A stretch of DNA of 64,000 nucleotides, taken from positions 1-64,000 of the IMG/VR virus record IMGVR_UViG_3300032315_000647. The stretch is one strand, 5' to 3'. The notes beneath the pieces were generated by a model. It worked only from the letters and a program-made list of their open reading frames with translations. It ran no database searches and was not told the DNA's origin. Within the stretch, counting starts at the first letter, position 1, and every line of letters begins with the position of its first letter. The DNA comes from a virus. Shown here one piece after another: positions 19,702 through 31,533 of this stretch. Position numbers and translations under genes: made by a program.

Positions 19702-19874
19702 CACTAGCAGATTTGACAAAATGGGTGAAAGAAGAAACTATTAAACATCCAGAGCACAAAGAAGAAATAATTGATCTGTACCAACTTTGTATAGATGAGA
19801 TTGCAGATGGTGGATCAGCTTTTAATGAAATTCATCTTTGTAAAGAATCAATTGAACAATTAATAAATGGCTGA
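19698..19874 (+). CDS. hypothetical protein (58 aa)
   Basis: Own translation MTLADLTKWVKEE...YQLCIDEIADGGS; ATGA coupling. Confidence 0.55.
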   Translation: MTLADLTKWVKEETIKHPEHKEEIIDLYQLCIDEIADGGSAFNEIHLCKESIEQLING

Positions 19875-20031
19875 ACTGGATGATTTAATAGGAGAAATAT
19901 CTCTCCATGCAGAATGGCTTAGCACTACAGAAGGAGATGAAGTAGAATGTATCTCCATAGAGAATCTAGAAGGTATATTGAGTAATTATTTTAACAAAAC
20001 AATAAAAATCAACACAGATGGCGAACTCTAA
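19867..20031 (+). CDS. hypothetical protein (54 aa)
   Basis: Own translation MAELDDLIGEISLHAEWLST... Confidence 0.5.
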   Translation: MAELDDLIGEISLHAEWLSTTEGDEVECISIENLEGILSNYFNKTIKINTDGEL

Positions 20032-20824
20032 AGACACGTACAATGTAACAAAGGACATTTTATTGAAAGCAGAAGTTCCTCAACAGACACGCACGTACAA
20101 GCCTATTTCACACCAACAGCTTATGGACCTGACATTAGAGAGCATACACAATGCAGGATTTGAGCTTGAAGTGGAAACATATTCTGCAGCAATGGAGGGT
20201 AGTATTGCTAATGGTAGGTACACTATTAAGAATGTAGCTGATAGTGAAATGCAATTACAGATTGGTTGGCAGAATAGCTACAATAAGTCTCTCAGTTTGA
20301 AATTTGCTATTGGTACACGTATTATTGTTTGTTCTAATGGTTGTGTATCAGGAGATTATGGTGCCTTTAAGAAGAAGCATCAGGGTGAGGTGCAAACATT
20401 CACTCCTAATGCCATCACTGAATATATCAAACAAGCTGGTGATGCATTCCAAAAGATGCAGAATGAGCGTGAGATGATGAAAGAAAGAGAAGTGACTAAG
20501 CGTGTAGCAGCTGAACTCATAGGAAGGATGATTGTAGAAGAGGAAATCATTGAGAGCTCACAGCTGAACATCATCAGGAGTCAGATGCATAAGCCTTCTT
20601 TTGATTACGGTGCTCCAGGTAGTATGTGGGAACTCTATCAGCACACCACTTATGCTATGAAAGAGACACATCCCTCCCTTTGGATGAATAGACACATTAA
20701 CGCTCATACGTTCTTTGTGAATGCTGCAGGGATTATTGTTAATAGTCCTATAACCATCACATCTCCCACTGTAAGTGTTGGTGGAGAGATTGAACGTTTT
20801 ACACAACTTAAAATGGAATTCTAA
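20018..20824 (+). CDS. DUF932 domain protein
   Basis: YKPISH, NSYNKS, RIIVCSNG, KKH, SMWELY..TT. Confidence 0.8.
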   Translation: MANSKDTYNVTKDILLKAEVPQQTRTYKPISHQQLMDLTLESIHNAGFELEVETYSAAMEGSIANGRYTIKNVADSEMQLQIGWQNSYNKSLSLKFAIGTRIIVCSNGCVSGDYGAFKKKHQGEVQTFTPNAITEYIKQAGDAFQKMQNEREMMKEREVTKRVAAELIGRMIVEEEIIESSQLNIIRSQMHKPSFDYGAPGSMWELYQHTTYAMKETHPSLWMNRHINAHTFFVNAAGIIVNSPITITSPTVSVGGEIERFTQLKMEF

Positions 20825-20825
20825 T

Positions 20826-21539
20826 ATGAATTGGGAGAAATTCAAAGATCAGTTTCATGAGAGTTGGCATGCTAAAATGCAACCTTTTATAGAGAGCAAG
20901 GAGTGTGATGGGATATATGAATTTCTCAAGAAAGAATCAAGGAGGGGCAAGATGATTGCCCCTCTTTCTTCTAACACTTTCAGAGCATTCAAAGAAACTC
21001 CTTTTGATAATATAAAGGTGGTGATGATGGGCATGTGTCCCTATCACACAGCTAAGTTTGGAACATGTGTGGCTGATGGATTACTAATGGGCTGCTCCAT
21101 TACAAATAGTTTACAACCCTCTTTAGAAAAGTTTTATGAAGGATTGAAACAAGAACTCAAGCCAGATTACAAGTTTGATGAAACACCTGATGTATCCTAT
21201 CTAGCTAAGCAAGGAGTGCTGATGCTTAATGCTGCTCTCACTACAGAGATTAACAAAGCAGGATCACACATTGCTCTATGGGAACCTTTCACAAAATACC
21301 TATTTGAAGAGGTGTTGGATATTACAGGTGCTCCTGTTGTATTTCTAGGTAAGGATGCTGCTAAGTATCAACGATATGTACAACCATTTACATGGTCTTT
21401 TACATTGAGTCACCCAGCAAGCGCAGCGTATAAACAATCTGACTGGGATACAGAGGGTGTGTTCACTAAGGTGAACAAGATAATTAAGGATAGTAACAAC
21501 GAAACAATCAATTGGCTTTACGAATTACCACCTTTCTAA
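20826..21539 (+). CDS. ung: uracil-DNA glycosylase family 1-like protein (atypical active site)
   Basis: FRAF..TP...IKVV..G..PYH, ADGL, PSL, QGVLMLNAALT, H..LWEPFT, HP. Confidence 0.85.
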   Translation: MNWEKFKDQFHESWHAKMQPFIESKECDGIYEFLKKESRRGKMIAPLSSNTFRAFKETPFDNIKVVMMGMCPYHTAKFGTCVADGLLMGCSITNSLQPSLEKFYEGLKQELKPDYKFDETPDVSYLAKQGVLMLNAALTTEINKAGSHIALWEPFTKYLFEEVLDITGAPVVFLGKDAAKYQRYVQPFTWSFTLSHPASAAYKQSDWDTEGVFTKVNKIIKDSNNETINWLYELPPF

Positions 21540-21550
21540 AACAAACATTT

Positions 21551-21865
21551 ATGGAAATTAATGTATCAGAATTACAAGTGGGAGATGAGTTTCTCTTTGC
21601 TTCAAATGGAACTATCACTAGAGCTAAGGTGATTAGACCTATAAAGGTTAAGAAAAATCAACCTGAGTACAATCCGAGAAATGTTATTTATTACGCATCA
21701 GTAAAATGTAAAGTGGCTGTTGAAGATGCAAGTTACACTTATACATTCCGTGGTTCAATACGCACAGTTACAAAAACAAAGTGTAACGCTTCAGATAAAT
21801 TCACTGTAGAGAAATTTATTAATCTGAATTATAAAAATCTTTGGCTTGTTAAAAGAGATGACTAA
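21551..21865 (+). CDS. hypothetical protein
   Basis: ATG 21551 within track ORF 21512. Confidence 0.6.
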   Translation: MEINVSELQVGDEFLFASNGTITRAKVIRPIKVKKNQPEYNPRNVIYYASVKCKVAVEDASYTYTFRGSIRTVTKTKCNASDKFTVEKFINLNYKNLWLVKRDD

Positions 21866-22257
21866 TGAAAATAAGACATGGCGGTGAATTAGAGATTGGT
21901 GATTTTATAGCAGTGGGTGATGGTATTCATCTATCCTTCGGATGGTATAGAGGGACTGGTAGAAACACTGTTCAGTTCTACCATTATAAAACGCCAGGAA
22001 TAGTGTATGGTGATTGGGAAGATGCTGTAGCTGATCCTCAACGACATAATGGTAATTATTATAGAAAACTTAGAGAAAGAGGTTTTTCTTCAAAAGCTCT
22101 AGGTGTATGTTATGTGTATGGAGAAGGCATTAGCGATAAAGGATCCCGTGTAATAAAACTAGAAAATCCAGAGAGCATATTCACAGAGCAAGACGACCTA
22201 GAAGCATATCGTAAATCAAAAGAAGCATTGTTAACTATCAAATTTCCAGTAAAATGA
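21865..22257 (+). CDS. hypothetical protein
   Basis: TAATG coupling. Confidence 0.6.
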   Translation: MKIRHGGELEIGDFIAVGDGIHLSFGWYRGTGRNTVQFYHYKTPGIVYGDWEDAVADPQRHNGNYYRKLRERGFSSKALGVCYVYGEGISDKGSRVIKLENPESIFTEQDDLEAYRKSKEALLTIKFPVK

Positions 22258-24551
22258 TCTTAGAAAAACAGAAAGAAGCACTTGTTCACCAAGATGGTGA
22301 AGCATCAGAGTCTATTGGTATGTCTCTTGATCTTGATTCAGCACAGGTGCTGATGCAGATGTTGAGCAAAAACTTGTATTCAGATGCAATTGGTTCCACT
22401 ATTCGTGAGTGTGCATCAAATGCTTTGGACAGTCACAGAAGAGCAGGAGTTGATAAACCTATTGTTGTCAGTTTGCAGACAACAGGTAGTTACACTTATG
22501 AGTTTAGTGTAGAGGACTTTGGATTAGGTTTGGATGCTGATGATGTAAAGAACATCATTAGTAAGTATGGTAAGTCCACTAAACGCAATAGCTCTACAGA
22601 GCTGGGCATGATGGGGTTAGGTTTTAAAGCCCCACTAGCATACACATCAAGTTTCTATTTTGTCTGTCGTAAGGATGGAATAGAACGTAAATACATGATG
22701 TATGAAGGAGAGGATGTCAACACTATTGACCTTCTTTATGAAACTCCTACAGATCAGCCCAATGGTGTAAAGGTTATCATTCCTGTGGGCTATAGTGACA
22801 GGCGTGAATTTATGAACAAGATTAAGGAACAGCTGGCATATTTTGAGAATGTGTATTTCAATGTTGAAGGAATTGATAATTCTTTTAACATTGTACGCCA
22901 TGAATATTTCCAGTTCTCTCCTCTTGCTAGTGATAAAAGTTTGCACATCTGTCTGGATAATGTCTACTATCCTATAGACTTTGGTAAACTTGGTATTGAT
23001 CGTATATCTCTTCCTGTTGGTTTGAGGTTTAGTTTGACAGATGGTATATTCCCCACTCCAAACAGAGAGTCTATTCGATATACACAAGAGGCTAAAGATG
23101 TGATAATCAATCGTCTGAAGGAAGCGTCTAACTATTTCATTGAGAAATACAATGAGACAGTTACAGAAACAGATGATATTCATGTTATTGTTACATATTA
23201 TGAGAGTACTTGTCGCAATCTGAAAATTGGTGGATCTTCATGGGATGTGCATCCTTTGGCTAAGTTCTCAAACATTCCTGTAGCTGAGCCTAAGTTTAAG
23301 GGTGTGCAACTTCTTGATATGGCTCGTATTGCTAAGGTGGGTAATTATATTCTTGGTGAATATGACACAAGGTTCATTCTCAAGAATAATACAATTCGTG
23401 ACACCAAACATTATCATTTCAATTCAGTAAGTATCAGGAGGTTGCCTGAAAAGGTGTATGTGTTTACATCAGATAAGGTTAGTGGACTGAAAAAGGACTA
23501 TCTGAAGAGTTTACATCCCTACTCTAGAAAGGAAGTGGCTATTGTAAAGAAGAATAAACCATTTAAATTGTCTAATAAAACAGGAGATTATGACAATTAT
23601 GTGAATATTCTTGCACTTAAAAGACATCCTAAGAGTGGATGGAGACAACGCATTCAGGAGTTTCAACTGATATTGGAAAGTGTTACAAAGCAATTTGTCA
23701 ATCTTGATGAACTTGAAGTTCCACAGAGCTTTATTGATTCAAGGAAGAAACAAAGAGCAGCTGCTATAGCATCTACTGGAAAAGAGAGACGTATAAAGCT
23801 GAAAGGAGAAATCATCTGCAAACAGGCTGAGCATTTGGAACGTTGGGTGGATGGTAAGAGTTGTAAATGGGTGAGTACAACATATGATATGTCCAAGTTT
23901 CACCAGAATAAGTTTATTTTGGTGTATGGTAAGCAGGAAGATGCTGAAAAAATGGACAAGTGGTACAAACCTGGACGTGAACACAACATTAAGTTTGCAA
24001 TTCTTAGCGATCGTGAACTTAAGGTGGTGAGCGGAATACAATTACATAACTTTATATCCTTCAATGATTTTATGAAAGGAAAGACCAAGCCTTTTCAAAG
24101 AATAGCTACAGCTTGTATTATTAATAAGTTGAAAGATGAGTTTCCGTATGTCTTCCGTGCTGGAGAATCGTTGAAGACCATTTCTTTTGATTTATCAAAT
24201 AAGATTGACACTCTTGCAGACTATCATCGTAATAATTTCAAGAATATTGATGATGAGTTTAGAAATGGAATTGTTGAGCATGCAAAAGAAATCAATGCTT
24301 TTGACCCAGAAATCTATGTTATTTACAAACAAGTTGAAGAAATATGTAGAAAGTTCCCGTTCCTGAATGCACTTATGGAGGACATGAGAGGATATGACAC
24401 TTCTAGAACTAATATCCTCAAGCAAGCACTTGTAGATCTATTCAAATATCACAAGCATAGAATAGATTGGAAGAATTATAACATACGTTTGAATGAAGAT
24501 CTTCCTTTAGAACAAGAATTGAAAGAGGAAACTGTTGAAGAATTAATCTAA
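22254..24551 (+). CDS. rIIA: rIIA-like protein (GHKL/HATPase N-terminal domain)
   Basis: LYSD...IRE.ASNALDSH, VEDFGLGL, YGKSTK, G.MGLGFKAPLAY, PTPNRESI. Confidence 0.85.
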   Translation: MILEKQKEALVHQDGEASESIGMSLDLDSAQVLMQMLSKNLYSDAIGSTIRECASNALDSHRRAGVDKPIVVSLQTTGSYTYEFSVEDFGLGLDADDVKNIISKYGKSTKRNSSTELGMMGLGFKAPLAYTSSFYFVCRKDGIERKYMMYEGEDVNTIDLLYETPTDQPNGVKVIIPVGYSDRREFMNKIKEQLAYFENVYFNVEGIDNSFNIVRHEYFQFSPLASDKSLHICLDNVYYPIDFGKLGIDRISLPVGLRFSLTDGIFPTPNRESIRYTQEAKDVIINRLKEASNYFIEKYNETVTETDDIHVIVTYYESTCRNLKIGGSSWDVHPLAKFSNIPVAEPKFKGVQLLDMARIAKVGNYILGEYDTRFILKNNTIRDTKHYHFNSVSIRRLPEKVYVFTSDKVSGLKKDYLKSLHPYSRKEVAIVKKNKPFKLSNKTGDYDNYVNILALKRHPKSGWRQRIQEFQLILESVTKQFVNLDELEVPQSFIDSRKKQRAAAIASTGKERRIKLKGEIICKQAEHLERWVDGKSCKWVSTTYDMSKFHQNKFILVYGKQEDAEKMDKWYKPGREHNIKFAILSDRELKVVSGIQLHNFISFNDFMKGKTKPFQRIATACIINKLKDEFPYVFRAGESLKTISFDLSNKIDTLADYHRNNFKNIDDEFRNGIVEHAKEINAFDPEIYVIYKQVEEICRKFPFLNALMEDMRGYDTSRTNILKQALVDLFKYHKHRIDWKNYNIRLNEDLPLEQELKEETVEELI

Positions 24552-24571
24552 AAAACTTAAACAAAAGAACA

Positions 24572-25936
24572 ATGAGCATTTTTAGCCTGAATTGGTTTAA
24601 ATCCAAGAAAAGAACAGAAGTATCTATTGAAGAGAAGATAGACAGTCTGAACAATCAAGTGAATAATACAACCCCTCCTGCAAAGGAGGTGGTTGTTGCT
24701 AAGCATTATAGGAAAGTGAAGCTTGTGAATAATGTCCTCACTGTTGTGTTTAACGATGGGGCTGTTATTTCTAAGCCTAATGCAACAGTGGAAGATTTCA
24801 CTAATGTTCGCAACTCAACATCTGAAAAACAGATTATGGCAATAGTTGCAACAGAGGAGATTTATGAACAAAGGAAGAAGGAGATACATGAGGCTCAAAG
24901 AGCCACTGCTCTTCGTAATGGCATTCAAATTCTTGCTAATTTAGATGATTTTGTATTGGATGGCAATTCTGTCTATCTGAAAGGAATCAATCGTACACTT
25001 CCTCAGCTTTTAGTTGAAGAATTTGTTGGTATTGTAGATGGGTATATTCCAGGTGAGCATTTGCAAGATGCTTTGAATGAAGATGAGCAGTATCAATCTC
25101 TTAAGCGTTTCTTTATGTGGTGCTGTTTGAATCCTCGTGCTGAAGTGGCTGATAAGCTTTACAACTTCCTTAGGAAGAATAGCTTTAAGATTAATAAGCA
25201 GGGTTTCTTTGTTGCACTGAGGAATGTTGTCACTGTTAGTGAGGATACAGAACTGGTTCAGTTTGTCAGCAATGCCTATAACAAGGTGAAAGCTGTATGG
25301 AAGAAGAATCCTTCTCATTTCCGTGTAGTGATGAACGATGAAGGTGTGTACAGTATGGAAAAGACCACTAACACTGATTCTAAAGGAACAATTGTTGGTA
25401 ATCTGGACACTCTGTATGCAGATATGCCAAACATGAAAGGTAATCGTTTTACAGATGATTATACACGCACATTTGATATTCGTGTGGGTAAGCCTGTAAA
25501 CATGAATCCTGGTGAATGTCGTTGGAATACAGATGATTGTGGAGCAGAGGGTTTGCATTTCACAGCTGATGAGATTCACTATGTAGGATGCGGTGATCAG
25601 TCTGTACTGGTACTCATCAATCCTATGAAGGTTGTGGGTATTGGTGAGACCAAAGGTAGATGCTGGGAATATCTTCCAATCATGACTGTTCCTCGTGATG
25701 AGGCTACAGAGATTCTGCATGATTTGGATTTTGACACAATGCAGCTTGATGAAAGTTATGCTGTACGTGAACTTGAAGGTCTTGCAGATAAGGCTAAGGA
25801 TGGTTTTGTTTATGAATCCACTAAGCATGAGTTCAATCTTCCTCATATATCCACTAAAGAAATTGAGAACATCGTTTCTTCTTTGGATAAAATGAAGAGT
25901 GAAATTAGTTCTAGGGTTCAGATGATTGCTGATTGA
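24572..25936 (+). CDS. rIIB: rIIB-like protein
   Basis: Follows rIIA; LNP......LYNFL, G.FVALRNV, GLH, VLINPMKVV, KGRCWEY. Confidence 0.8.
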   Translation: MSIFSLNWFKSKKRTEVSIEEKIDSLNNQVNNTTPPAKEVVVAKHYRKVKLVNNVLTVVFNDGAVISKPNATVEDFTNVRNSTSEKQIMAIVATEEIYEQRKKEIHEAQRATALRNGIQILANLDDFVLDGNSVYLKGINRTLPQLLVEEFVGIVDGYIPGEHLQDALNEDEQYQSLKRFFMWCCLNPRAEVADKLYNFLRKNSFKINKQGFFVALRNVVTVSEDTELVQFVSNAYNKVKAVWKKNPSHFRVVMNDEGVYSMEKTTNTDSKGTIVGNLDTLYADMPNMKGNRFTDDYTRTFDIRVGKPVNMNPGECRWNTDDCGAEGLHFTADEIHYVGCGDQSVLVLINPMKVVGIGETKGRCWEYLPIMTVPRDEATEILHDLDFDTMQLDESYAVRELEGLADKAKDGFVYESTKHEFNLPHISTKEIENIVSSLDKMKSEISSRVQMIAD

Positions 25937-25943
25937 TAAATAA

Positions 25944-25990
25944 GAGGGGCTGTCCTAAATTTTTACTATTTTTGTGACAGCCCCCTTTTT
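25944..25990 (+). terminator. intrinsic terminator with a TATTTTTG box in the loop
   Basis: GGGGCTGTC / GACAGCCCC followed by a T-run. Confidence 0.75.
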
Positions 25991-25998
25991 ATAACTAT

Positions 25999-26409
25999 AT
26001 GGCAATCAAGAAGAAACGAGCAACTAGAAAACCAAGAGTTGCTAAGACGAGGAACAGTGGAACAATGACAGAAAGTGCTTTCTGGTCATTCATTCGCAGT
26101 GCACTAAGACAGAAGAGCAGATGGTGGAAACCTATAATGGAATGTAAATTAGCTGCACGAAGAGAATATAATGGGTCATTAAAGAGGCAAAAGTGGGAGT
26201 ATTTGTGTAATGAATGTAACAAATGGTTCCCTGAGAAGAAGATTAACGTAGACCATATTGTTCCTGCAGGTGCATTAAATTGTGCAGCTGATTTGCCAGC
26301 TTTTGTAGAAAGACTATTCTGTGAGGTGGATAATCTTCAAGTGCTTTGTGAAGGATGTCACAATGAAAAAACAAAATTAGAAAAGGATGGAAAAACAAGA
26401 AGAGATTAA
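25999..26409 (+). CDS. HNH endonuclease family protein
   Basis: FIRSALR..SRWW; CNEC; VDHIVPAG; NLQVLCEGCH..KT. Confidence 0.8.
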   Translation: MAIKKKRATRKPRVAKTRNSGTMTESAFWSFIRSALRQKSRWWKPIMECKLAARREYNGSLKRQKWEYLCNECNKWFPEKKINVDHIVPAGALNCAADLPAFVERLFCEVDNLQVLCEGCHNEKTKLEKDGKTRRD

Positions 26410-26635
26410 TCAGATAGTGATTAATAAAGAAGCCTCTTTTGTAGAGGTGTGGCATGAGGGCTATATAGAATCTAATGGAGAGCGTCATTACTTTTGGCTT
26501 ATTGATCCTCAAGGTGTAGATCCTAGAGGTAATGAATATGCTCCAGAGGTGAGATGGTTCTTTGCAAGGGTTCCTAGAGAAGTGAGAGCAATGCATAATT
26601 CTATTATTGAAGCTTTTAAACAAACCAAGAAATGA
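26387..26635 (+). CDS. hypothetical protein
   Basis: ORF track. Confidence 0.6.
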   Translation: MEKQEEINQIVINKEASFVEVWHEGYIESNGERHYFWLIDPQGVDPRGNEYAPEVRWFFARVPREVRAMHNSIIEAFKQTKK

Positions 26636-27678
26636 TTACAGGAACAGCAAAAACAGAAGCTATCTATCGGGCTAACATGCTTGATAGTTCGTCTAGCTTG
26701 AAAGAGTTTAGTTTAGACAGGAAGAAGTATTACAGGAAGTATGTCCTGGGTGAGCAAGTGGATGATAAGGATACACAAGCTGCCACTACAGGAAGAGTGG
26801 TAGAAACACTGCTACTAGAGCCTGAGGAGTTTGATAATAAGTTCTATATGTCTGCATGTGCTTCAGCTCCTACAGGACTGATGCTTGCATTTGTAGAAGC
26901 GTTGTATAGCTTCACTAAACAAGCAACTGATGATGATGGAAATGTGACTAGAGACTTTGAAGCTATATCAAAAGATGCTTACGTAGAAAGTGGATTCAAG
27001 ATTAAATACGATGCTGTAATTGCTAAGTTTGCAGGATCTGATGCTGAAATCTATTACAATGAGATTAGGAAGGTGAGGACTCAAAACCTCACTGTCATAA
27101 CAGCTGAAGATGTAACCAATGCTGAAAGGATTGTAGAAGAACTTCGTACCAATCCTGTTACAAAGGATGTAGTTAATCTTGTAAGCAGTAAGAGGTATAG
27201 CGTTTTCCATCAGATGCAAGTGGAAGGATATGTGGTGAACAATCACATGTTCAAGAGCATGATGGATAAGGTGGTAGTTGATCACGAAGAGCAAACTATT
27301 CAGGTGTATGACCTAAAGTGCACATGGAGTGTAGAGAACTTTGTTGAAGAATACTATCTCTATCGTAGAGCATACATTCAAGCCTATTTGTATTTCCATG
27401 CAGCTAAGCATTTTGGAATTGAGAATCTTGAATTGAATGATTATAAAGTGTTACCTCCCAAGTTCATTGTATGTGATAGCATAAACTATTACAATCCTCT
27501 TATATATACATTGAGTTACGATGATTTGGATGATATATACAAAGGATTTACATACAAGAATAGAGAATATAGGGGAGTGCGACTTATGATTGAGGACCTT
27601 AAATGGGCAATTGCAAACAACACTTGGAACATTTCTAGAGAGAATAGTGAGAATCAAGGACTTGTAAAAATATTTTGA
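26632..27678 (+). CDS. PD-(D/E)XK exonuclease (RecB/RecE-like)
   Basis: SSSSLKEF, GRVVE.LLLEPE.F, KSMMDKVVVD, VYDLK, Y.QAYLY. Confidence 0.75.
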   Translation: MITGTAKTEAIYRANMLDSSSSLKEFSLDRKKYYRKYVLGEQVDDKDTQAATTGRVVETLLLEPEEFDNKFYMSACASAPTGLMLAFVEALYSFTKQATDDDGNVTRDFEAISKDAYVESGFKIKYDAVIAKFAGSDAEIYYNEIRKVRTQNLTVITAEDVTNAERIVEELRTNPVTKDVVNLVSSKRYSVFHQMQVEGYVVNNHMFKSMMDKVVVDHEEQTIQVYDLKCTWSVENFVEEYYLYRRAYIQAYLYFHAAKHFGIENLELNDYKVLPPKFIVCDSINYYNPLIYTLSYDDLDDIYKGFTYKNREYRGVRLMIEDLKWAIANNTWNISRENSENQGLVKIF

Positions 27679-28244
27679 TGGAGTTGAAGAAGACAATTAC
27701 TAGCATTTTTATGGTACCAACGCTTAAGATTCCTAAAGAAGCGTTAAAGAGTAATGGATTTATTAATGGTTATGTGAAGGATGTAGGCAGAGATGTGCAA
27801 TATGAAGGATGCATCTATCTGCTATTCCAACCTAAAAACCTAGATAAGTTCAGAGAGTTTTTGATGGATGAGTATGAAAGAACAAAGTCTGTGATAGATG
27901 ATTATGACTATCCAGATGGATATGTGGTTATAGTTTACAAGCTAGATAGTAAGTTTTCTAAAGATTTTAATCTCATTAAGAAGGGTAAGTATTCCAAAAC
28001 TTCTATAGAATTCCAGAATCTGTTTCCCAAGGTGGTGAAGATTAATAAGAATGGTGCACAGAGAGATGAAATCAGTCTTCAATATCGTGTGTTTAATAGA
28101 ACAGAGGATCTTGTGAGGTTCTGGGAAGATAGACTAGGTGTAGAGTTTGATGATAATCAGGAAGTGTGGCATATATTTGAGGAACAGAATGAGATATTGA
28201 ACATTCAAAAAATTAAAGAAGATGTCCAATCGGGAATTGTTTAA
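27678..28244 (+). CDS. conserved crAss-like hypothetical protein
   Basis: T.TSIF..P, FINGY, IYLLF.P, GKYSKTS. Confidence 0.65.
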   Translation: MELKKTITSIFMVPTLKIPKEALKSNGFINGYVKDVGRDVQYEGCIYLLFQPKNLDKFREFLMDEYERTKSVIDDYDYPDGYVVIVYKLDSKFSKDFNLIKKGKYSKTSIEFQNLFPKVVKINKNGAQRDEISLQYRVFNRTEDLVRFWEDRLGVEFDDNQEVWHIFEEQNEILNIQKIKEDVQSGIV

Positions 28245-28422
28245 TAAAATGAGTGAATTATATTCACCACAAAAGATGATAGAGTTTGCAGAGATGTTAC
28301 TATCTATGTATAACATTCTTATGAATGAAGAAATGACCTCTGAGGAGCGTCTTCTAGATCTTCAATATGATCACTACTGGTGGACTGAAAGAATTGAAAT
28401 CCTTAAATCTGCAACAGAATGA
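28222..28422 (+). CDS. hypothetical protein
   Basis: ORF track. Confidence 0.55.
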   Translation: MSNRELFNKMSELYSPQKMIEFAEMLLSMYNILMNEEMTSEERLLDLQYDHYWWTERIEILKSATE

Positions 28423-28814
28423 TTACCAATGAGTTGTTACAAAACCATCCTTTTGCTACAGAAGTTGTGAGAGAATGGTTTATAGAAAAGATGCAAAAGT
28501 CTTTTGTTAGCTCAGATGTTCCTGAAGACTTTAAAGAAATGATGAGGAAACAAGGGCTTCCTGATGAGAAGCTAATAAAAATGTTTCAAAACAGTCCTAG
28601 GGTGTTATTTGATGTGTTTGATGAAAACGGCATTAGAATTAACATTGTCTATGATTATTTCAAGGAGATGTTTAAATGGGGCATTAACAGCTTTACATCT
28701 GAAGAACGTTATCCCTCAAGAATAGAGGCTGAACATGCTAGTGTTAAAGTTGCATTTGCTACATTAGAGGATAAACTATTGTGTATTCGTGACACAAACA
28801 AATTAAATGCTTGA
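28419..28814 (+). CDS. hypothetical protein
   Basis: ATGA coupling. Confidence 0.6.
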   Translation: MITNELLQNHPFATEVVREWFIEKMQKSFVSSDVPEDFKEMMRKQGLPDEKLIKMFQNSPRVLFDVFDENGIRINIVYDYFKEMFKWGINSFTSEERYPSRIEAEHASVKVAFATLEDKLLCIRDTNKLNA

Positions 28815-29259
28815 GTTTCAACATCCTATTCCTGTAGTGGTTGAAGGAGACAAAAATGGATATGCCATTTATGTCACAAACAGCGGTACATTTGAGAATG
28901 ATGTATGGTGTGTAACTCTCTGTGATGGAGGACACGTTAGACATTATACATCAGATCAGGTGAAGATTTATGCAAACGCTACATTTGAAATTAAAAAACC
29001 AGACATTATGACAGATGAAATTGTTGAACAAGTGGTTCAAAAGTTTAAACAAAGAAGTTCTGTAGGAATCAATAAGTATGGAACCACTCTTCATGATAAC
29101 AATCATGATAACTATCTTCTACATTTGCAACAAGAGTTACAAGATGCTACATTGTACATTGAAAAACTTATGACGCAAAATGCAGAAATAACAAATTTAG
29201 TTAACACCATACCAGATAACGAATCGCTTGGTGCTAAAATAAGAAGTTTGGTTAGTTAG
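28807..29259 (+). CDS. two-domain protein with a C-terminal all-alpha NTP-pyrophosphatase-like domain
   Basis: RS.VGINKYGTTL...HLQQELQDA.LYIEK. Confidence 0.6.
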   Translation: MLEFQHPIPVVVEGDKNGYAIYVTNSGTFENDVWCVTLCDGGHVRHYTSDQVKIYANATFEIKKPDIMTDEIVEQVVQKFKQRSSVGINKYGTTLHDNNHDNYLLHLQQELQDATLYIEKLMTQNAEITNLVNTIPDNESLGAKIRSLVS

Positions 29260-29273
29260 AATTATTGTTTTCT

Positions 29274-29321
29274 TTTGGAGGATAAGGGGTTGCAGACTAT
29301 ATTTGCAATCCCTTATTTTTT
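29274..29321 (+). promoter_or_regulatory. composite terminator and Bacteroidota promoter upstream of nrdJ
   Basis: TTTG(29274)-N20-TATATTTG(29298) overlapping the hairpin ATAAGGGGTTGCA/TGCAATCCCTTAT plus T-run. Confidence 0.7.
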
Positions 29322-29344
29322 CACCCCTAAAAGATTATAGCATT

Positions 29345-31436
<2,092 letters not shown>

Positions 31437-31454
31437 TTTATGGGTTAATAATGC

Positions 31455-31488
31455 ACCCCTGGTGTGTCTACACTGGGGGTTTTCTTTT
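31455..31488 (+). terminator. intrinsic terminator
   Basis: ACCCCTGGTG / CACTGGGGGT followed by TTTCTTTT. Confidence 0.75.
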
Positions 31489-31517
31489 GTTAACCTCCTT
31501 AAAATTTTGTAAATTTG
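31486..31517 (+). promoter_or_regulatory. Bacteroidota promoter for recA
   Basis: TTTG-N20-TAAATTTG. Confidence 0.7.
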
Positions 31518-31533
31518 AAAACAATAACTACAT

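Noticed and set aside
25010-25846. 278-aa minus-strand ORF and other antisense ORFs within the + strand block (e.g. 22647-23183, 32092-32502)
   Set aside because: They lie fully opposite well-supported genes, have no recognisable motifs and show shadow-like composition.
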